DNA of 64,000 bases from contig NC_042998.1 of NCBI RefSeq assembly GCF_006345805.1, positions 70,990,001-71,054,000 on the forward strand, written 5' to 3'. A program made the translations under genes and the position numbers. Positions 1-13,022 of the stretch are shown here, in pieces. The notes under the pieces are model-generated. The model made no database searches. It was not told where the DNA came from and saw nothing but the letters and a program-made list of their open reading frames with translations. How positions within the stretch are numbered: the stretch's first letter is position 1; every line of letters starts with the position of its first letter. This stretch comes from Octopus sinensis (Eukaryota).

Positions 1-285
1 CTCGCAGCAACGATATTGAAAACATGTAATACTACAACCATTCAACAAAATACAATGTCTACATCCTATTACTGCGTAAGGCTTCATAGATCTCCATAAT
101 GCATTCATATAAATTACTATTGTATATGTGAAAACAAACATATACGTATGCTGGTATGTGGTAGATATTTTCTACGTGCGGTCATTGCACACGGTATGTT
201 GAACAGAACGGAATATTTGCATATGTGTTTTTGTGTGGTTGCAAGTGCATCAGAGCATGGGTGTGTGTAGGTGTGGGCTATGCCC

Positions 286-287
<2 letters not shown>

Positions 288-322
<35 letters not shown>
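288..322. repeat. (GT)n microsatellite
   Basis: Pure GT dinucleotide run. Confidence 0.95.
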
Positions 323-323
<1 letters not shown>

Positions 324-587
324 ACAGGTTGCTTGAACACACGCATAAGTGCCTGTGATGGACTACTGTCTGGTAGCTTGCGTGTACAAGAATATTCGTT
401 ATGCACATTTACTCATTTCAGAAAGCTCACTTCAGAGCTCCACTCATTTCAGAAAGCTGTGTAACAAACGATATAAATGTTTCCATCTACTCATTGACTT
501 ATGAATTATTTTCCATTCTCATTCAAGACACTCTTCTCAGTTTTCTTTTCGCACGACTAGTAATGCATATATACATATATATATATA

Positions 588-807
588 TTCGACCTCGAAC
601 ACACAAGTGCAAACAAGGGAGACAGAGAAAGGCAGAATGCCACTTATATTTGAACACTATACAAATATTCCTTAAAAAAACTGTTCTTTTAATTTTTCTA
701 AATTTAATTATTTAATCGTTACAGTTGAAAAGGTCTCAAAATGACCGAAACCGGTACTGAAATGTTCTTTATAAAATTATTTTAGCATTTTCTATCTTAA
801 CTTGTTT

Positions 808-811
<4 letters not shown>
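588..811 (+). mobile_element. Short non-autonomous PLE-terminus-like repeat carrying an HHR; same family as the arms at 63192-63607
   Basis: Aligns by eye to the reverse complement of about 63200-63420 (cgacctcgaac...gaaaaggtctcaa..tgaccgaaaccggtac.gaaatg...ttagcattttcta); TA-rich repeats on both sides. Confidence 0.75.
717..764 (+). ncRNA. Type I hammerhead ribozyme, U3-A8 core variant
   Basis: CAG / UUGAAAA (725-731) / GGUC-UCAAAAU-GACC / GAAA / CCGG / UA (predicted cut after 756) / CUG. Helix I can extend CGUU:AAUG past an A-A mismatch; helix III ACCGGU is palindromic. Confidence 0.7.
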
Positions 812-851
<40 letters not shown>

Positions 852-915
852 CGAAATATATAACAACAACAATTAACAAAAACTTAGCAGCGCCTCCTCT
901 AGCCGAAAAGTTATG

Positions 916-958
916 CTGTGCTGATGAAGGGAAATAACCCAGGAATCGCGATACACAG
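916..958 (+). ncRNA. Degenerate type I hammerhead ribozyme
   Basis: CUGUG / CUGAUGA / AGGG-AAAUAA-CCCA / GGAA / UCGCGA / UA / CACAG. Perfect 5-bp helix I and palindromic helix III, but GAAA reads GGAA and the base of helix II is mismatched. Confidence 0.6.
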
Positions 959-1919
959 ATATTGTTTTGTGTTGGGTGGGGATGCTAAACTTACTTGTTC
1001 GAAAATATAAGGACACAGACAGTGTGTCGTATATCTAGCTGGGGACAATGTTTCCTGGGGCTAAATAACAGTAACATTCGTCCTGAACCAGAAATACCAC
1101 GTTGTGTTGGCAAATAATCTTTACTATATATAGGGGAATGGAAATCTTTTGGTATTTACTATAACTACCCACACTATATCATAAAATGTGAGGAGGTATG
1201 AAAATTAATATACTTATTTATCCACTTGTCATCCTTAGAAATATGGCCGTTTCACAGCATTCTACATTTCTGCACTAATATGCACGCTACGTATTATACA
1301 ATACAACTGCATTTATACAAATAATTGTAGATAAAGAAAGCTACCGTTTCAAAACACCAGAACATCTTCAACTCTAAGTATACAAACAAAATATTTCAGT
1401 ACTTCAACTCTAAGTATACATACAAAATTTTCTCTATATATACAATGAATGGAAAAATCAATACTACATTGAATTAGCTTGGCATTGTCATTAGAAATAA
1501 GTATATTTTGTTTCATAGCAATGAAAGTGTTGGATCTCAGTTAAGGGGATTAACCATCTTAATGTTAACAAAGCTCAGAAAGGGATAGAAGAAGAAGTAA
1601 AATAGTAAAGAAAAAATAAAGATATATAATAGTACATATAATATAAATAAAATTGGGAACAGACAGCTGGAAATAAAAAGAATATACGAAATATGAAGAT
1701 ATTATTGAACAACAGTAAATTTTAAATAAGATTAAAATGTTTTTGATCACACATGGAAGCCTATGGATCTTTATTTTATCACATTTTCTTAGTAAACCTC
1801 AAAGAATACCTCCTATCTTAATGAACTGTAGTGAAACCAAAACGATACTAACTCCTGCATAAAAGCATATATACATATATAAGCATTAACATACCAAGAA
1901 CAAACACATCACACACACT

Positions 1920-2582
1920 TGAACACTATTATACCAATTAATATACATATAGGCCGCATTAAGACAGACATTAATACACACGGAAACCTATATGTATACA
2001 TATACATAAGTATAAGCCCATACGCATATATAAATACATACAAAGCACATACAGAAACGCAGGATATAAATGGACATACGTATACAAATTACATTCATAT
2101 AGGTACCTGTAGCTACATATACACATAGGTGCACTTACACATAGATGCGTGTATAGATGCACGCGCATGTATGAGTAGTAAATCTTATGCAGATACATAT
2201 CTGTACAAGCATATTTACCTGAAAACGCGCCCATACTCACAAAAATGCATAAGTATACTTATAGACATATATACAGGTATATAGACACCTAAACATGCAA
2301 ATGCACAGAAATACACGCACATACATACACAAAAATACACGCAAACACGTGAGCGAACACGCACGCATACAGCAGCGCACACGCACGCACACACAAACGC
2401 ACATTTAACCTTACTTAAATATGCATAAATTTTACATATAAATATGCATAATCGCCTGGAACAATATAAATGCAAATAAATATACATGACTATGTGATAT
2501 GCAAATTCAAATATACACCCATACAGTTAAACATATATGGGTACACATGCATACATTTATGCATACATATCAAGATAAAGCC

Positions 2583-2654
<72 letters not shown>

Positions 2655-2770
2655 AGAGAGAGAGACATATACACGTATATTTATGTGTATTTATGCTTTT
2701 GTACTTAAGTGTACAAACCATGCAGATACATATAAATTCATACAAAAACACACATATATGTATAAAAACG

Positions 2771-2805
<35 letters not shown>
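1920..2805. repeat. Degenerate CA/TA/GA compound microsatellite region
   Basis: Low-complexity ACAT/CACG/TA/GA runs that explain the overlapping spurious ORFs. Confidence 0.85.
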
Positions 2806-2808
<3 letters not shown>

Positions 2809-3109
2809 CTTGATTTAACTAACATGTATACGAACTCATATGGAAGCATATGAATATAAAGATATAACCGGTTGGTAATGCTATAAATTAAACACTTTTA
2901 TTTTATTGAATTTGCCAAGTGGATAACAGATGTAAATTTAATGGATCATGATAATAAAAAGAAAATAATATCTAAGATGGAGTGAAGAACAGGGGTATGT
3001 AGAAGGATCAAGGAGTAGAATAACAGACTCGTGAGCTCATTAGAAGGTAGCAATATGTAAGATATAGTTTAGCTATTAAATACAATAACCTGGAATGTTG
3101 TATGTCAAC

Positions 3110-3670
3110 GGGGAAAAAGTATTTTTACAAACAGCATAATGTCTGAATATGGTTTAATGCATTATCTATCAAATTATGGATAACCCAGGTAGAGAATTAT
3201 TCATTTGCATTAATCTAGGGAAACACTTATTAGCGTAAGTTCAATAATTACGTGTAAGCTTGGGTATAGTTAGCATATAGGAATTGTCTTATTGAAGGCG
3301 CTAGCATCAATGGATTATAATTATTTTTACAAATTGCAGAATGTTAGAATATGGTCCATCACGAATGTGAAAACAAAGTATCGTTAATAAGGCAGGGAAT
3401 TATTCAATTATATTGATATAGGTGGTAAAATGTCTGGATATTCTCTAATACATTATCTATTACAGGATAATCCCAAAATATGGTTAACCATGATATGCAA
3501 TTAGCTAGCATGCAGTTACGATTCATATTAAGGTGTTGGCATAAATATTCTTACAAATAGCAGATTGTTTTAATATAGTCCAAAACAATATCCATTATTA
3601 AGGTAGGTTAAACAAGCTAGGGAATTATTCCATTGCATTGATCTAACTTATAAAGTTTATTAGCGTAGAT
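3110..3670. repeat. Decayed tandem repeat, period about 200-225 bp
   Basis: Motifs tatt(t/c)ttacaaa..gcag/gcat..tgt....aatat(g/a)gt and (g/a)gaattattc recur near 3120, 3322 and 3545. Confidence 0.55.
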
Positions 3671-4138
3671 ATATAATAAATAATAAATAATTTATATGCT
3701 TGCATCTCACAATCAATTCATCACGTTGATGCATAATATTCAATTTCATTTTATACACAGATACACAGAGGCCACATCAGTCACCGCAACCTTTATATAG
3801 TTGTGAATTACATACAACACACAAAGTAATTTTAAATGCAATGGTATTATCAGTGAGAGAGTGTACAAATTTACCTACAGATATACTGTTAGCGTTCTCT
3901 TCATGCCTAAATATAGGTCTGTGAATATTCCTGTGAAATTTGAAAAGGAAGTGGACGAATTAATGTTAACATGTTCTTTACGAAGAACGATAATAGAGCA
4001 CTTATACACTATATTTTCCTTCAGGCATTGGTTATTCATGGGACACAGTGAAGTTATATACTACAAGGTTTGCTTGATTATTAGTAGTGTGATGAGTTCA
4101 GCTTTACTATTATTCATAGTACTTTTATTGGAATCCGA

Positions 4139-4520
4139 GGCGCAATGGCCCAGTGGTTAGGGCAGCGGCCTCGAGGTCGTAGGATCGCGGTTTCGTTTCC
4201 CAGATCGGGCGTTGTGAGTGTTTATTGAGCGAAAACACATAAAGTTCCACGATGCTCCGGCAGGGATGGTGGTGATCCCTGCTGTACTCTTTCACCACAA
4301 CTTTCTCTCACTCTTACTTCCTGTTTCTGTTGTACCTGTATTTCAAAGGGCCGGCCTTGTCACTCTCTGTGTCACGCTGAATATCCCCGAGAACTACGTT
4401 ATGGGTACACGTGTCTGTGGAGTGCTCAGCCACTTACACGTTAATTTCACGAGCAGGCTGTTACGTTGATCGGATCAACCGGAACCCTCGTCGTCGGAAC
4501 CGACGGAGTGCTTCCATCCA
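4139..4520 (+). mobile_element. tRNA-derived SINE (family C)
   Basis: tRNA-like head with A box (tggcccagtggttagg) and B-like box (ggtttcgtttccc) on a GC-richer body; possible degraded target-site duplication attggaatcc (4127-4136) / attggattca (4520-4529). Confidence 0.75.
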
Positions 4521-4539
4521 TTGGATTCACGCTCGTCAA

Positions 4540-5165
4540 TATGTTGCTTATTTGCAGTAGATGTTGTATTGCGGAGATTTAGGTACTTATTAGCTGCAAT
4601 ATTAGATACATTTCGTTATCCTTCGTTTCTGCAACCATAACCATGTCTCACAACTACTGTTTGGTTCAACTAACATAGGGAAACTACAATGTAAAACCTT
4701 CTCCCGCCAGTCAGATAACTTTTGTTTTTTTATGGTTTTTAAATTTGTTTAACTTTTTGGGGATTTCCCTATGTCTTGCTGTAACTCTAGCAGCTCTTAA
4801 TAAACTTTCTTCACTATTATCTAATAGAAGTCTATACCCTAGCTAAATCCACGCATTCTTCTACTGATATTAACCTTCTTCCACCTTCTTTTGTTGGTAA
4901 GTACAGTGTTGCCAACCCTGCCTATGAGTGGAGTCCTCCATTCATATTGAATTCCTTCCTAGTTCTGTTTAGCTTTGCGAATTCAGTTTTTGTGCAATCT
5001 AGAAAAGCTGCTGAGTATTGCCCTAGTATTTACAGCCTTCACTAGATTCGAACCATTTAGATTTGACTTCATTTGGTTCCCTACACTTTTGATGTACTCC
5101 TCAATTTTCGTTTTTATTTCTATAGTTAGTACTCTATAGTTACAGCCTGTATTAAGTAATATATC
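4540..5165 (-). pseudogene. R4/Dong-like non-LTR retrotransposon remnant (post-RT region)
   Basis: Minus-strand translation gives SNLNGSNLVKAVNT, LYLPTKEGGRRL and degenerate W.EK.L...ET blocks typical of R4/Dong ORFs; many stops and frameshifts. Confidence 0.7.
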
Positions 5166-5178
5166 TCTCTTTCGTTCT

Positions 5179-5213
<35 letters not shown>
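5179..5213. repeat. (CTA)n microsatellite
   Basis: Pure trinucleotide run. Confidence 0.95.
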
Positions 5214-5230
5214 ATTATTTTTATTATTAA

Positions 5231-5535
5231 GGCGGCGAGATGGCAGAATCTTTAGTATACCGGGGAAAATGCCTAGCGGTATCGCATCCGTCGTTACGTT
5301 CTGAGTTCAAATTTCGCCGAGATCGACTTTTCCTTTCATCGTTTCGGGGTCGATAAAATAAGTACCAGTCAAGTTCTGGGGTGATGTAAACCGCTAACCC
5401 CTTTTCACAAATTCCAGGTCTTGGACATGTAATTTGTGGGGAAGAGTAGTTGTTTTCCAAACGAGTACTCGGATCGATTTGTTGTACTCAACACCCGATC
5501 ACCGCAGTCAAATAACTGAAGCAAGTGAAACATAA
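5231..5535 (+). mobile_element. tRNA-derived SINE (family B) plus a SINE 3' tail fragment
   Basis: ggcggcgagatggcagaat...gagttcaaatt head, central cctttcatcgtttcggggtcgataaaataagtacc block, and cgcagtcaaataactgaa tail near 5505. Confidence 0.75.
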
Positions 5536-7038
5536 AAGAAGACATCAGTTTCATGTATACCCCATTACCACCTTCATGAGACATAGGTCCTTAAGTCACG
5601 TTTCCCATAAACTGGTACTCGGCGGATCTGGAAGATAAGAAAATCGGGACAACGGGACAAAAGAAGTAAAAAAGAAATCAAAATATGATCGAACGAAGAA
5701 AATATGTTGTAGAACGTCGATTAAAAACCAAATTATTAATGTAGAACTGCCGACAAAGTGGACTTTTCAAAGCGTTACATTTAACACTGGGTTTCCAAAT
5801 AATTATACATCAATGAGCATCAGCTTCTGTGTTCAACTTTTGAGAGAATTTAGCAGCTACGTTTGAAACCGATATTCTTGAGGCAATTATTTCCTGCGTA
5901 CAGTAGGATTAAAGTCAAAGCTATTTAAATATTGTATTGTAAAGCCACTGCGTGCATAATTGGGTTTTACACACGCTATTATCGAACCACAAGACAAATA
6001 TTGCTTGACCTTTAATTTACGTTTGTATATAAAGTCTCAAAGTATTGAGAAGTATTTGTAAATTACAGTTGCGTAGTAGATCCAATTCGAAGAAAAGGAC
6101 TTGCCTGCAAACATAATATATACCTGAATATATTCATCTGAGACTGCGGAACTTATATTATGGAAATTATAGAACCTAATTTGAAAGACATGACCTTTGA
6201 TTGTACACATAACGTTTCTTCTTAAATAAGAAGGACTAAGTTGATTGAGATGATTATAAAATGCAGCACCAACGGGGTTCTGCATTTTTAACCATTAATA
6301 CTAATCATCGATAACAGAAGGGTGTCTTTGGAATAATGTCGAAATTATCTTGCTCACGGCGTTTGTCTCATTTGATTACGGTTAAATAGTTACCAAATAT
6401 TGCTATTGTATTCTCTAAATCTTTCATGAAATTGCAAGTCAATAAAGTTATTCCTTCCTGCAGAGAACTTCACTACCTTGAGCTAATGCACTCACTTTTC
6501 TTCTTGATTAAATTATCCCAATTAGAAACTAATCACAGACAAACTAAAATATCTAGTCATTTCTTAGCAACAATTCTACCAAATGGCTAACACGTAAACA
6601 GCAATCAAAACTTTAATACCTATATAGACATAATATTTATGCCAGATATATTGAATGACTCAGTATAACATTTATAGAAAGGGTTTACCTAAAATGTAGT
6701 TTCAACTAGCGTTGCATTTCATTTCAGTTACATCTATAGTCGGAACGTATCCCTTACTCTCCAGTATAAATTTAGGACTTACTATCCAAATGCAATTGCC
6801 ACCTTATACGTCCAAATTCTGTTCTCAGTTATCTATGATGCTTTTACCAGGTTCCTCTCTTTCGGTCAATCGTTTGTAAAGCGAATGATTATGCTAAAGA
6901 ACTTTTGTAGTTTCGAGTGCAATCTCACTTCGCAGTTTCTTAGTAGGTGCTTCAATCTGTAGCCTCAGCTCGATCTAACCCTTGCGACTGAAGTGCAGCC
7001 CACAATGGTTTTCTTATCGTTTGATAAATTATATCATA

Positions 7039-7730
7039 TAGGGTGTTCGAACTAGATTTGAGAGTTTACATTAAAAAAGTAAGACAATAACCCATCCAAA
7101 AATAAAAGTATTTTAGAAAAATATTCAAAGCATAACTGGATTACGGCTGGGAGATAACAGTTTACTTAAAGTAGCCATCCTCCGCTTACACTGTGGTCTC
7201 AAGGCGGCTCCGGAACCTGGTGCCTGCATATCTCACTGTGTCCCATGAAAGATTTATAAACACCTCCTTGATATGGGCTTGCAGATCGGCCTTATTGTTG
7301 TAGACAGAGCGGTTGACGTCTTTCTCAAACACGCCCCACTCCAGTTATCTATGCAATTAAGAAGCCAAGAATTGAGGTTGGTGAAGTTGTAGGAATTCTC
7401 AGAGATCTACTTCTGATTCTTCCCGGAACTATGGCAACGGACCGAATCCTGCTGCTACATATATGGCTTTCCTGCAGCAATCTTCTCCAAACATTTGAAT
7501 TGAGTCTAAGGCCCTGTTCAATGACTTGGGGAAGACCTCTAGCGTACGGACACAGTGAGCAGGTCTAATATGTCCTCTCCTGGAGGGTATGGCATCGTAG
7601 TCTCCGTTGTTGCTCTCCATGTTACGCCTTACAGTCTTTACAACGTTCACAGAACAGCAGTCATGATGGCCACATTTTGATAACCGGCGTGAATCATCAT
7701 GATACAGGTAACTCTTTTCCCATATTGAAA
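7039..7730 (-). mobile_element. Internally deleted Tc1/mariner transposon (maT/DD37D-like), transposase remnant
   Basis: Minus strand: YV.QQDSVRCHSSGKNQ and WGVFEKDVN...TRFRSRLETTV*AEDGYFK*; terminal tagggtgttc at 7039 matches the end of the 33780-34278 copy. Confidence 0.75.
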
Positions 7731-10700
7731 TGGATCATAATCCCTCATGTGAGCTACCTTTTTTTATGAACTACGACACATCAAGCTGTTCCTGTCGAAA
7801 GGAGACACAAACATCGTCGAAATTAGCCCGAACTCCTTGTGTCTTAGGTTCCTCCATCTCATCAAATATTGACGTTTGCTTTTCAGTCTTTAGTCTAACA
7901 TTCGTGGTGTACATCCAGGCGTGTTTACCTCTACCAAAATCTTACCTTTTTAAAAATAAGAATAATACACTATATACTATTAAACGAATTAAGAAGCATG
8001 CAGCTAAGAGAGCATAGTATTCCATCATTTACTTTCTGTATTCCTATTGTACCACTCAACCAAGACTATATTGTGATATCTGTGGACATGCTGTAGACAT
8101 ATATTCTCAGTTGATATATGAGAAACTTTCAAAAGTATCAATACTGAGAAAATTCATATTTCAAGAAAACATACCATTACTTTATTCTTACAGTATTTAT
8201 ACTAACACACAGCTAAAATATTTCAGATCGATAATCGCTAGTCTCTGATAAACATTTATTGCCAGTCTGTTGGGAATGTTTGGAACAAATTGAACTATTA
8301 ACTAAAGAGGTCACATCAAAACCGTAAACATAGCACATGGCTGTCTCTTTGTCAAGGGCAACGAATAGAGGTACGGTTTAGAGTTGGGTCTCTTGGATAT
8401 TGTTGGCGTTGCTATAGTTCTTGTTGATGTTGCATCCTATTTATGTTCTACCAAGACTGGGGCCATTTCTGGTCAGGATGAAAATAGATTTAAGTCTTAA
8501 AGAAGTTTGAGGTACCTCTGCTATCCAAACCAATATACAGAACTATGTTAAGCAGTAAAGAAAGCTAATCGATGTCTCAGGTGGCAGACTCACTTTGAAG
8601 ATTACCTTAGGATAGCAGGAGTTATCAAGATTTCGCAAACGGACAACCAAATCTCGATCACCTTAACCTATTTTAAAACTTTGACGTAACAAAATATGGC
8701 TACTCATCTCCCGATCGGTGTAGATATGGTCAAGTATCCTTCGGTTCATGTAAATCGAACCAAGTTTCCTGATAATGCACCCTATACTTTACCATTTAAC
8801 ACACTCGCTACAAAATGCATCACTCTATATAATTAATAGTTAAGAAACAGAGAAACCACGTGAGTTGTAATACAGTTAGATGCCTGTGTAATAACTTATG
8901 ATCCGATCCAAAAACATAAGTAAAGTCCCATACCAATGTGCTCACCATAGTTCAGTCTGTCCAAAGAAACGGCCACATACTTCTATGGAGGGTCCCGGCT
9001 CCATCACCCTCGAATTATCGAAGCTTATTCTACTTATCTCAAAGTGGTTCTGTTGCTTTTCTGCGGCTAAATAATACATGATCTATGAATATAAACACAG
9101 TGTTTAGAAAGTCACTGAATGCTCTGCATAAATAAATGTTCATATATATGCAAGTGTTCTATCATAAATATATTTGAGTGCAATCAACGAAAACCATAAT
9201 ATCGCGTTTGGAGAAACGTAAGTTTGTGGTGATTTGTGACATCAATGAATGAAGGCTACTTTATAAAACGGATATCCACAATAATACAAGCTTACACCTG
9301 CGTGTGTCTTATGCCCATTATGTTTTCCTGTCTACACAAGTTGGTAAGATTGATATGGATAACATTCAGCGTTAATATCTGTAGTGTAATGCTTGTAGAA
9401 AAAATAATTTGGTCGGGAGAAAATAGCAAATTGTACTGAGTAAGGTCAATGGAATAAGTGTTTCAGGGAGATTGTAAAGAGGGATATACAATGTTGATGG
9501 TGGGAAAGAGTACGTAACTAGCTGTTTCAGAACAAGAGATACTACAAAAAATATGTAGTTATAATTTGTTCCACTGAAGGTGACTGGAATGGATTAGTCA
9601 TTCGGCTGAGAGTATGTAGCTAGCTATTTTAGAGAAACAGAAAATACTGATTTTTCGAGAACAGATATGGTTGTGTTGTTTATAGTAAAAAAGAATGAGG
9701 TACCAGGGTAGTGATTGTATTTATTCAACTTTATGACAAATCTTCATACATAATTATAAGACAGTCATATATAATTACCGCTAATTTATAGCGCAGCAGT
9801 AGATACTAAACTAGTAGAGTCGTAAGAGAGTAGGATATAATACTTTCCAATATTTCTTCGTTCCCGGCAATTTTTTTACAAATCCCACTGATATTGGCTT
9901 AATTTTATTATCGTTTTGAGGTTGATAAATAAATTAGCTGTCCCTGTGAATGGATACATAGAGTTATTAGAGCGTCAAGTGAGATGTCTTGCAGCTTTCT
10001 GTGTTCTGTGTTTAAATTCCACCTCCGATCATTGTCCTATTTGTGATGGGCAGCAAGACCTATGAAATATTCCGAACGGTGATAGACATCCACTGAGAGA
10101 TAGAGTAACACGTATTTTCAGAAATATCTCCTTGTGAATCAAACTTCACAAAGTCGTATTAAAAAGGAATACAGCAGTCGATTGAAATGACACAAAATAC
10201 CGTTTGCATATTTTCGATCGTACAGCATTTAATCTCAGTAGAATTTGATCTCAAAACTAAATGTTATGACAGTGACCGTCATGGCGTCTGCTCCACAGCC
10301 AGCCACTTTCATTATATAGCGCCAACTTTACAAGGCATTAATGTGAATACAAGTCTCAAAAGACCATGTCACAAATCCCTGTTTTAAATATTAATTTGAG
10401 ATTATTATTAATTCTCTTTGAAACCATTTCGTCTGAACAATATTAACAAATATTAATTTTCGTGCAAAATTAAAGGAGACCTCTATTTCAAAAGATAATA
10501 ATTATGGAAAACCTCTCTTGGATAAGACGCCAATTGTTTCTTTCACACTGGTAATATGATTTCTTTAGTAACGTTCTATAAATTTCTTTTGTTTACAATA
10601 TCACATTTACTGTAATTGAACAAAAGGGAATAGGGAATATAGACTGACGGCAGATTGTCTATAAACACAATACTTCGTCCTTTGTAAAATAGGCCTCAGC

Positions 10701-11816
10701 TAAAAGGCAACTTGAACCCCTGTAGAGTTCACTTTTTCGCAACAATTATTTTCAGTGTTACTATATTAATATATTATTATCAAAGTTTAAGTAGGTAAAC
10801 TTGTGAAGTTCATGTAGAAAAGAACTAAATACGTGGCTTTTTGCCAAAAACGTATAGCAGCCGCGTCTACTAAAGTCTTTATTAAGTTCTAAATTAAGAT
10901 ATTCAAAAAAATATTAACGTTTGGAAGTATATGATATACACGTTTATACTTCGGTTATTATGAGACAAACTGTTCAAATATATGTTGTTTAAATTATAGG
11001 AACATTCGTTTGTTTACTTATTTGGAAACTACGTTAGTAATGAAATAAATCGTTTAACGCTAAAACTCGAAGTACATAAAGGTATAATTAACTGCATGTA
11101 GAAAATAGCCTATAAACGTCTTAGATTGCAAAGCACCAAGGAACGCTCGTGGGAATGAATCCACTCGGTTCTGTTCTAGTTCTTTTTTTAAGTCAATATT
11201 CTGCGTTTATTTATAGTTTTTATCTAATTCGAGTTCCACAGTTAAAACTATATATATTATATATATATTATATATATATATAATATATATAATATATATA
11301 CATACATTTATCAATTTGTGTTGCAAGATTTCTGATGTGAAATCGTGTGTTGAAACAGATATTGTTATATTTCGGGACGGCCATTTTTTTTGCCAAATAA
11401 ACACACGCACTAAAAATGTGTTCTTCACTCGTTTATTATTCTTCTTATTTTAATTCATGCCGATTATTCGGAAATCTTTCGTCACGCATGTGTGACTTCA
11501 ACCAGAGCAGAGCAATGGTGCATAATATTACGCAGAGGATAATACCATCCCTCTGTTTGGATGCAAAGATGTTAAATCATTTTCGGGATGGTAAAAAGAA
11601 AAAATTACCACCCCAAAATACAAGAATATTTAACTTGTTACACTCATATGACTGTGGTTCCGCAGGAACACCTCATTGATTACATATATTTTTGTTATGC
11701 CATGTGGGCATGGCTGGGGATTGCGTGAAGTCATCAGAAATGTTATACACTGCTGAGTAATTTTCATCGCATGAAACTATTAGTAACTCATAAAATGTAT
11801 GCTTGTGTTTATTAAA

Positions 11817-11817
11817 A

Positions 11818-11861
<44 letters not shown>
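11817..11861. repeat. (TA)n microsatellite
   Basis: Pure TA run flanking the fold-back element. Confidence 0.95.
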
Positions 11862-11865
<4 letters not shown>

Positions 11866-11899
11866 GAAGGTTTGAAAATGCGATTTTAAAGATGTTATT

Positions 11900-11943
11900 C
11901 ACTTGACGTTTCACTTTTTTTAAGAAAAAGATTGTCAAAAGTA
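11900..11943 (-). ncRNA. Type I hammerhead ribozyme, U3-A8 variant, partly degenerate
   Basis: Reverse complement: UACUU / UUGACAA / UCUUUUU-CUU-AAAAAAAGU / GAAA / CG / UC / AAGUG; U-U mismatch at the base of helix II. Confidence 0.6.
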
Positions 11944-12224
11944 AAATATAAGGTTTTGTATGAGCTTTGTTGTGTTAAGTGTTGGTTATCACAAAAGTAT
12001 TAAAAACAGAAATACGTTCTTTGATAAGAATAAGAAAATGTTAAAAACAGTTTACAAGAAAGTATGTAAGAAAGTAATCAGAACGGAACTCCAAAAAGTA
12101 GAGTTCAATAAAAATCATGAAGAAAAACATTTTCTTATTGTTATCAAAGAATGTATTTCGTTTTCTTTAATACTTTTGTGATAAGCAGTACTTAACACAA
12201 AGAGACTCATACAAAGCTTTACAT

Positions 12225-12271
12225 TTTACTTTTGACAAACTTTTCTAAAAAAGTGAAACCGGTCAAGTGAG
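12225..12271 (+). ncRNA. Type I hammerhead ribozyme, U3-A8 variant, structurally intact
   Basis: UUUACUU / UUGACAA (12232-12238) / ACUUUU-CUAA-AAAAGU / GAAA / CCGG / UC (cut after 12264) / AAGUGAG; 7-bp helix I (two G-U), 6-bp helix II, palindromic ACCGGU helix III. Confidence 0.8.
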
Positions 12272-12349
12272 TAAACATCTTTAAATTGTATATTCAAACC
12301 TTCTTTCATATATATTTCAACTCGTGCGGTACCTTACAACTTTACTTTG

Positions 12350-12352
12350 TTC

Positions 12353-12388
<36 letters not shown>

Positions 12389-12390
12389 AT

Positions 12391-12426
<36 letters not shown>

Positions 12427-12438
12427 GATATATCTAAT

Positions 12439-12486
<48 letters not shown>

Positions 12487-12502
12487 GTATATATATATAT
12501 AT
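12350..12502. repeat. (TA)n compound microsatellite
   Basis: Interrupted TA run. Confidence 0.9.
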
Positions 12503-13022
12503 TTAAGTAGACAAATGAATTATCTTATTACGGATAATTCGAAAGATAATCGATACCTGGGTAGCAAACTCACAACAGAAAAGGCACGGTTGAAGTTACG
12601 ACGATAGGGTATTAAGTTGACACATTCGAACACACAGACTCAGTCTTTTCAGTTCTTGACCGTTAATTCTTGCTATCTCTCTCTCTCTGCCTTCCACACA
12701 CACTTTCACGCATTCAAAGACGCACACACACACACATTAAGGCAATTTTACACACTCATACATTCGAGCACTCATTCATAAAATAAATCAAATATAAACA
12801 CCAGTCATACAGAATACATTCACTCACTTTAATTTTCCTATACCTTCCTTCTCCTACCTTGATTCTGCCCTTGAACTATGTCAACGGACAATTTCTCCTG
12901 CTTTCAACCAATCTGGCGTCACCCCCTATAAATAGACATTATTTATCATTATCTTTATGGGCTCCTCGTGAGCAGTCGTCGAAAAGCTTGTTGTGCATTT
13001 TGTTGGAGAATTAAGTTCCTGG

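Larger units (their letters stand above)
11862..12308. mobile_element. Fold-back element (about 180-bp diverged inverted arms, about 85-bp spacer) with twin outward-facing HHRs
   Basis: gaaagaaggtttgaa (11862) pairs with ttcaaaccttctttc (12294-12308); arm homology continues inward to about 12042/12127; (TA)n on both flanks. Confidence 0.85.

Noticed and set aside
1330-1375. Minus-strand UUGAAGA...GAAACGGUA as an HHR
   Set aside because: No helix II and no matching helix I.
4139-4215. tRNA-like heads (also 19477, 23146, 56926, 61702) as tRNA genes
   Set aside because: A and B boxes are present but I found no complete cloverleaf; they are fused to multi-copy SINE bodies and tails.
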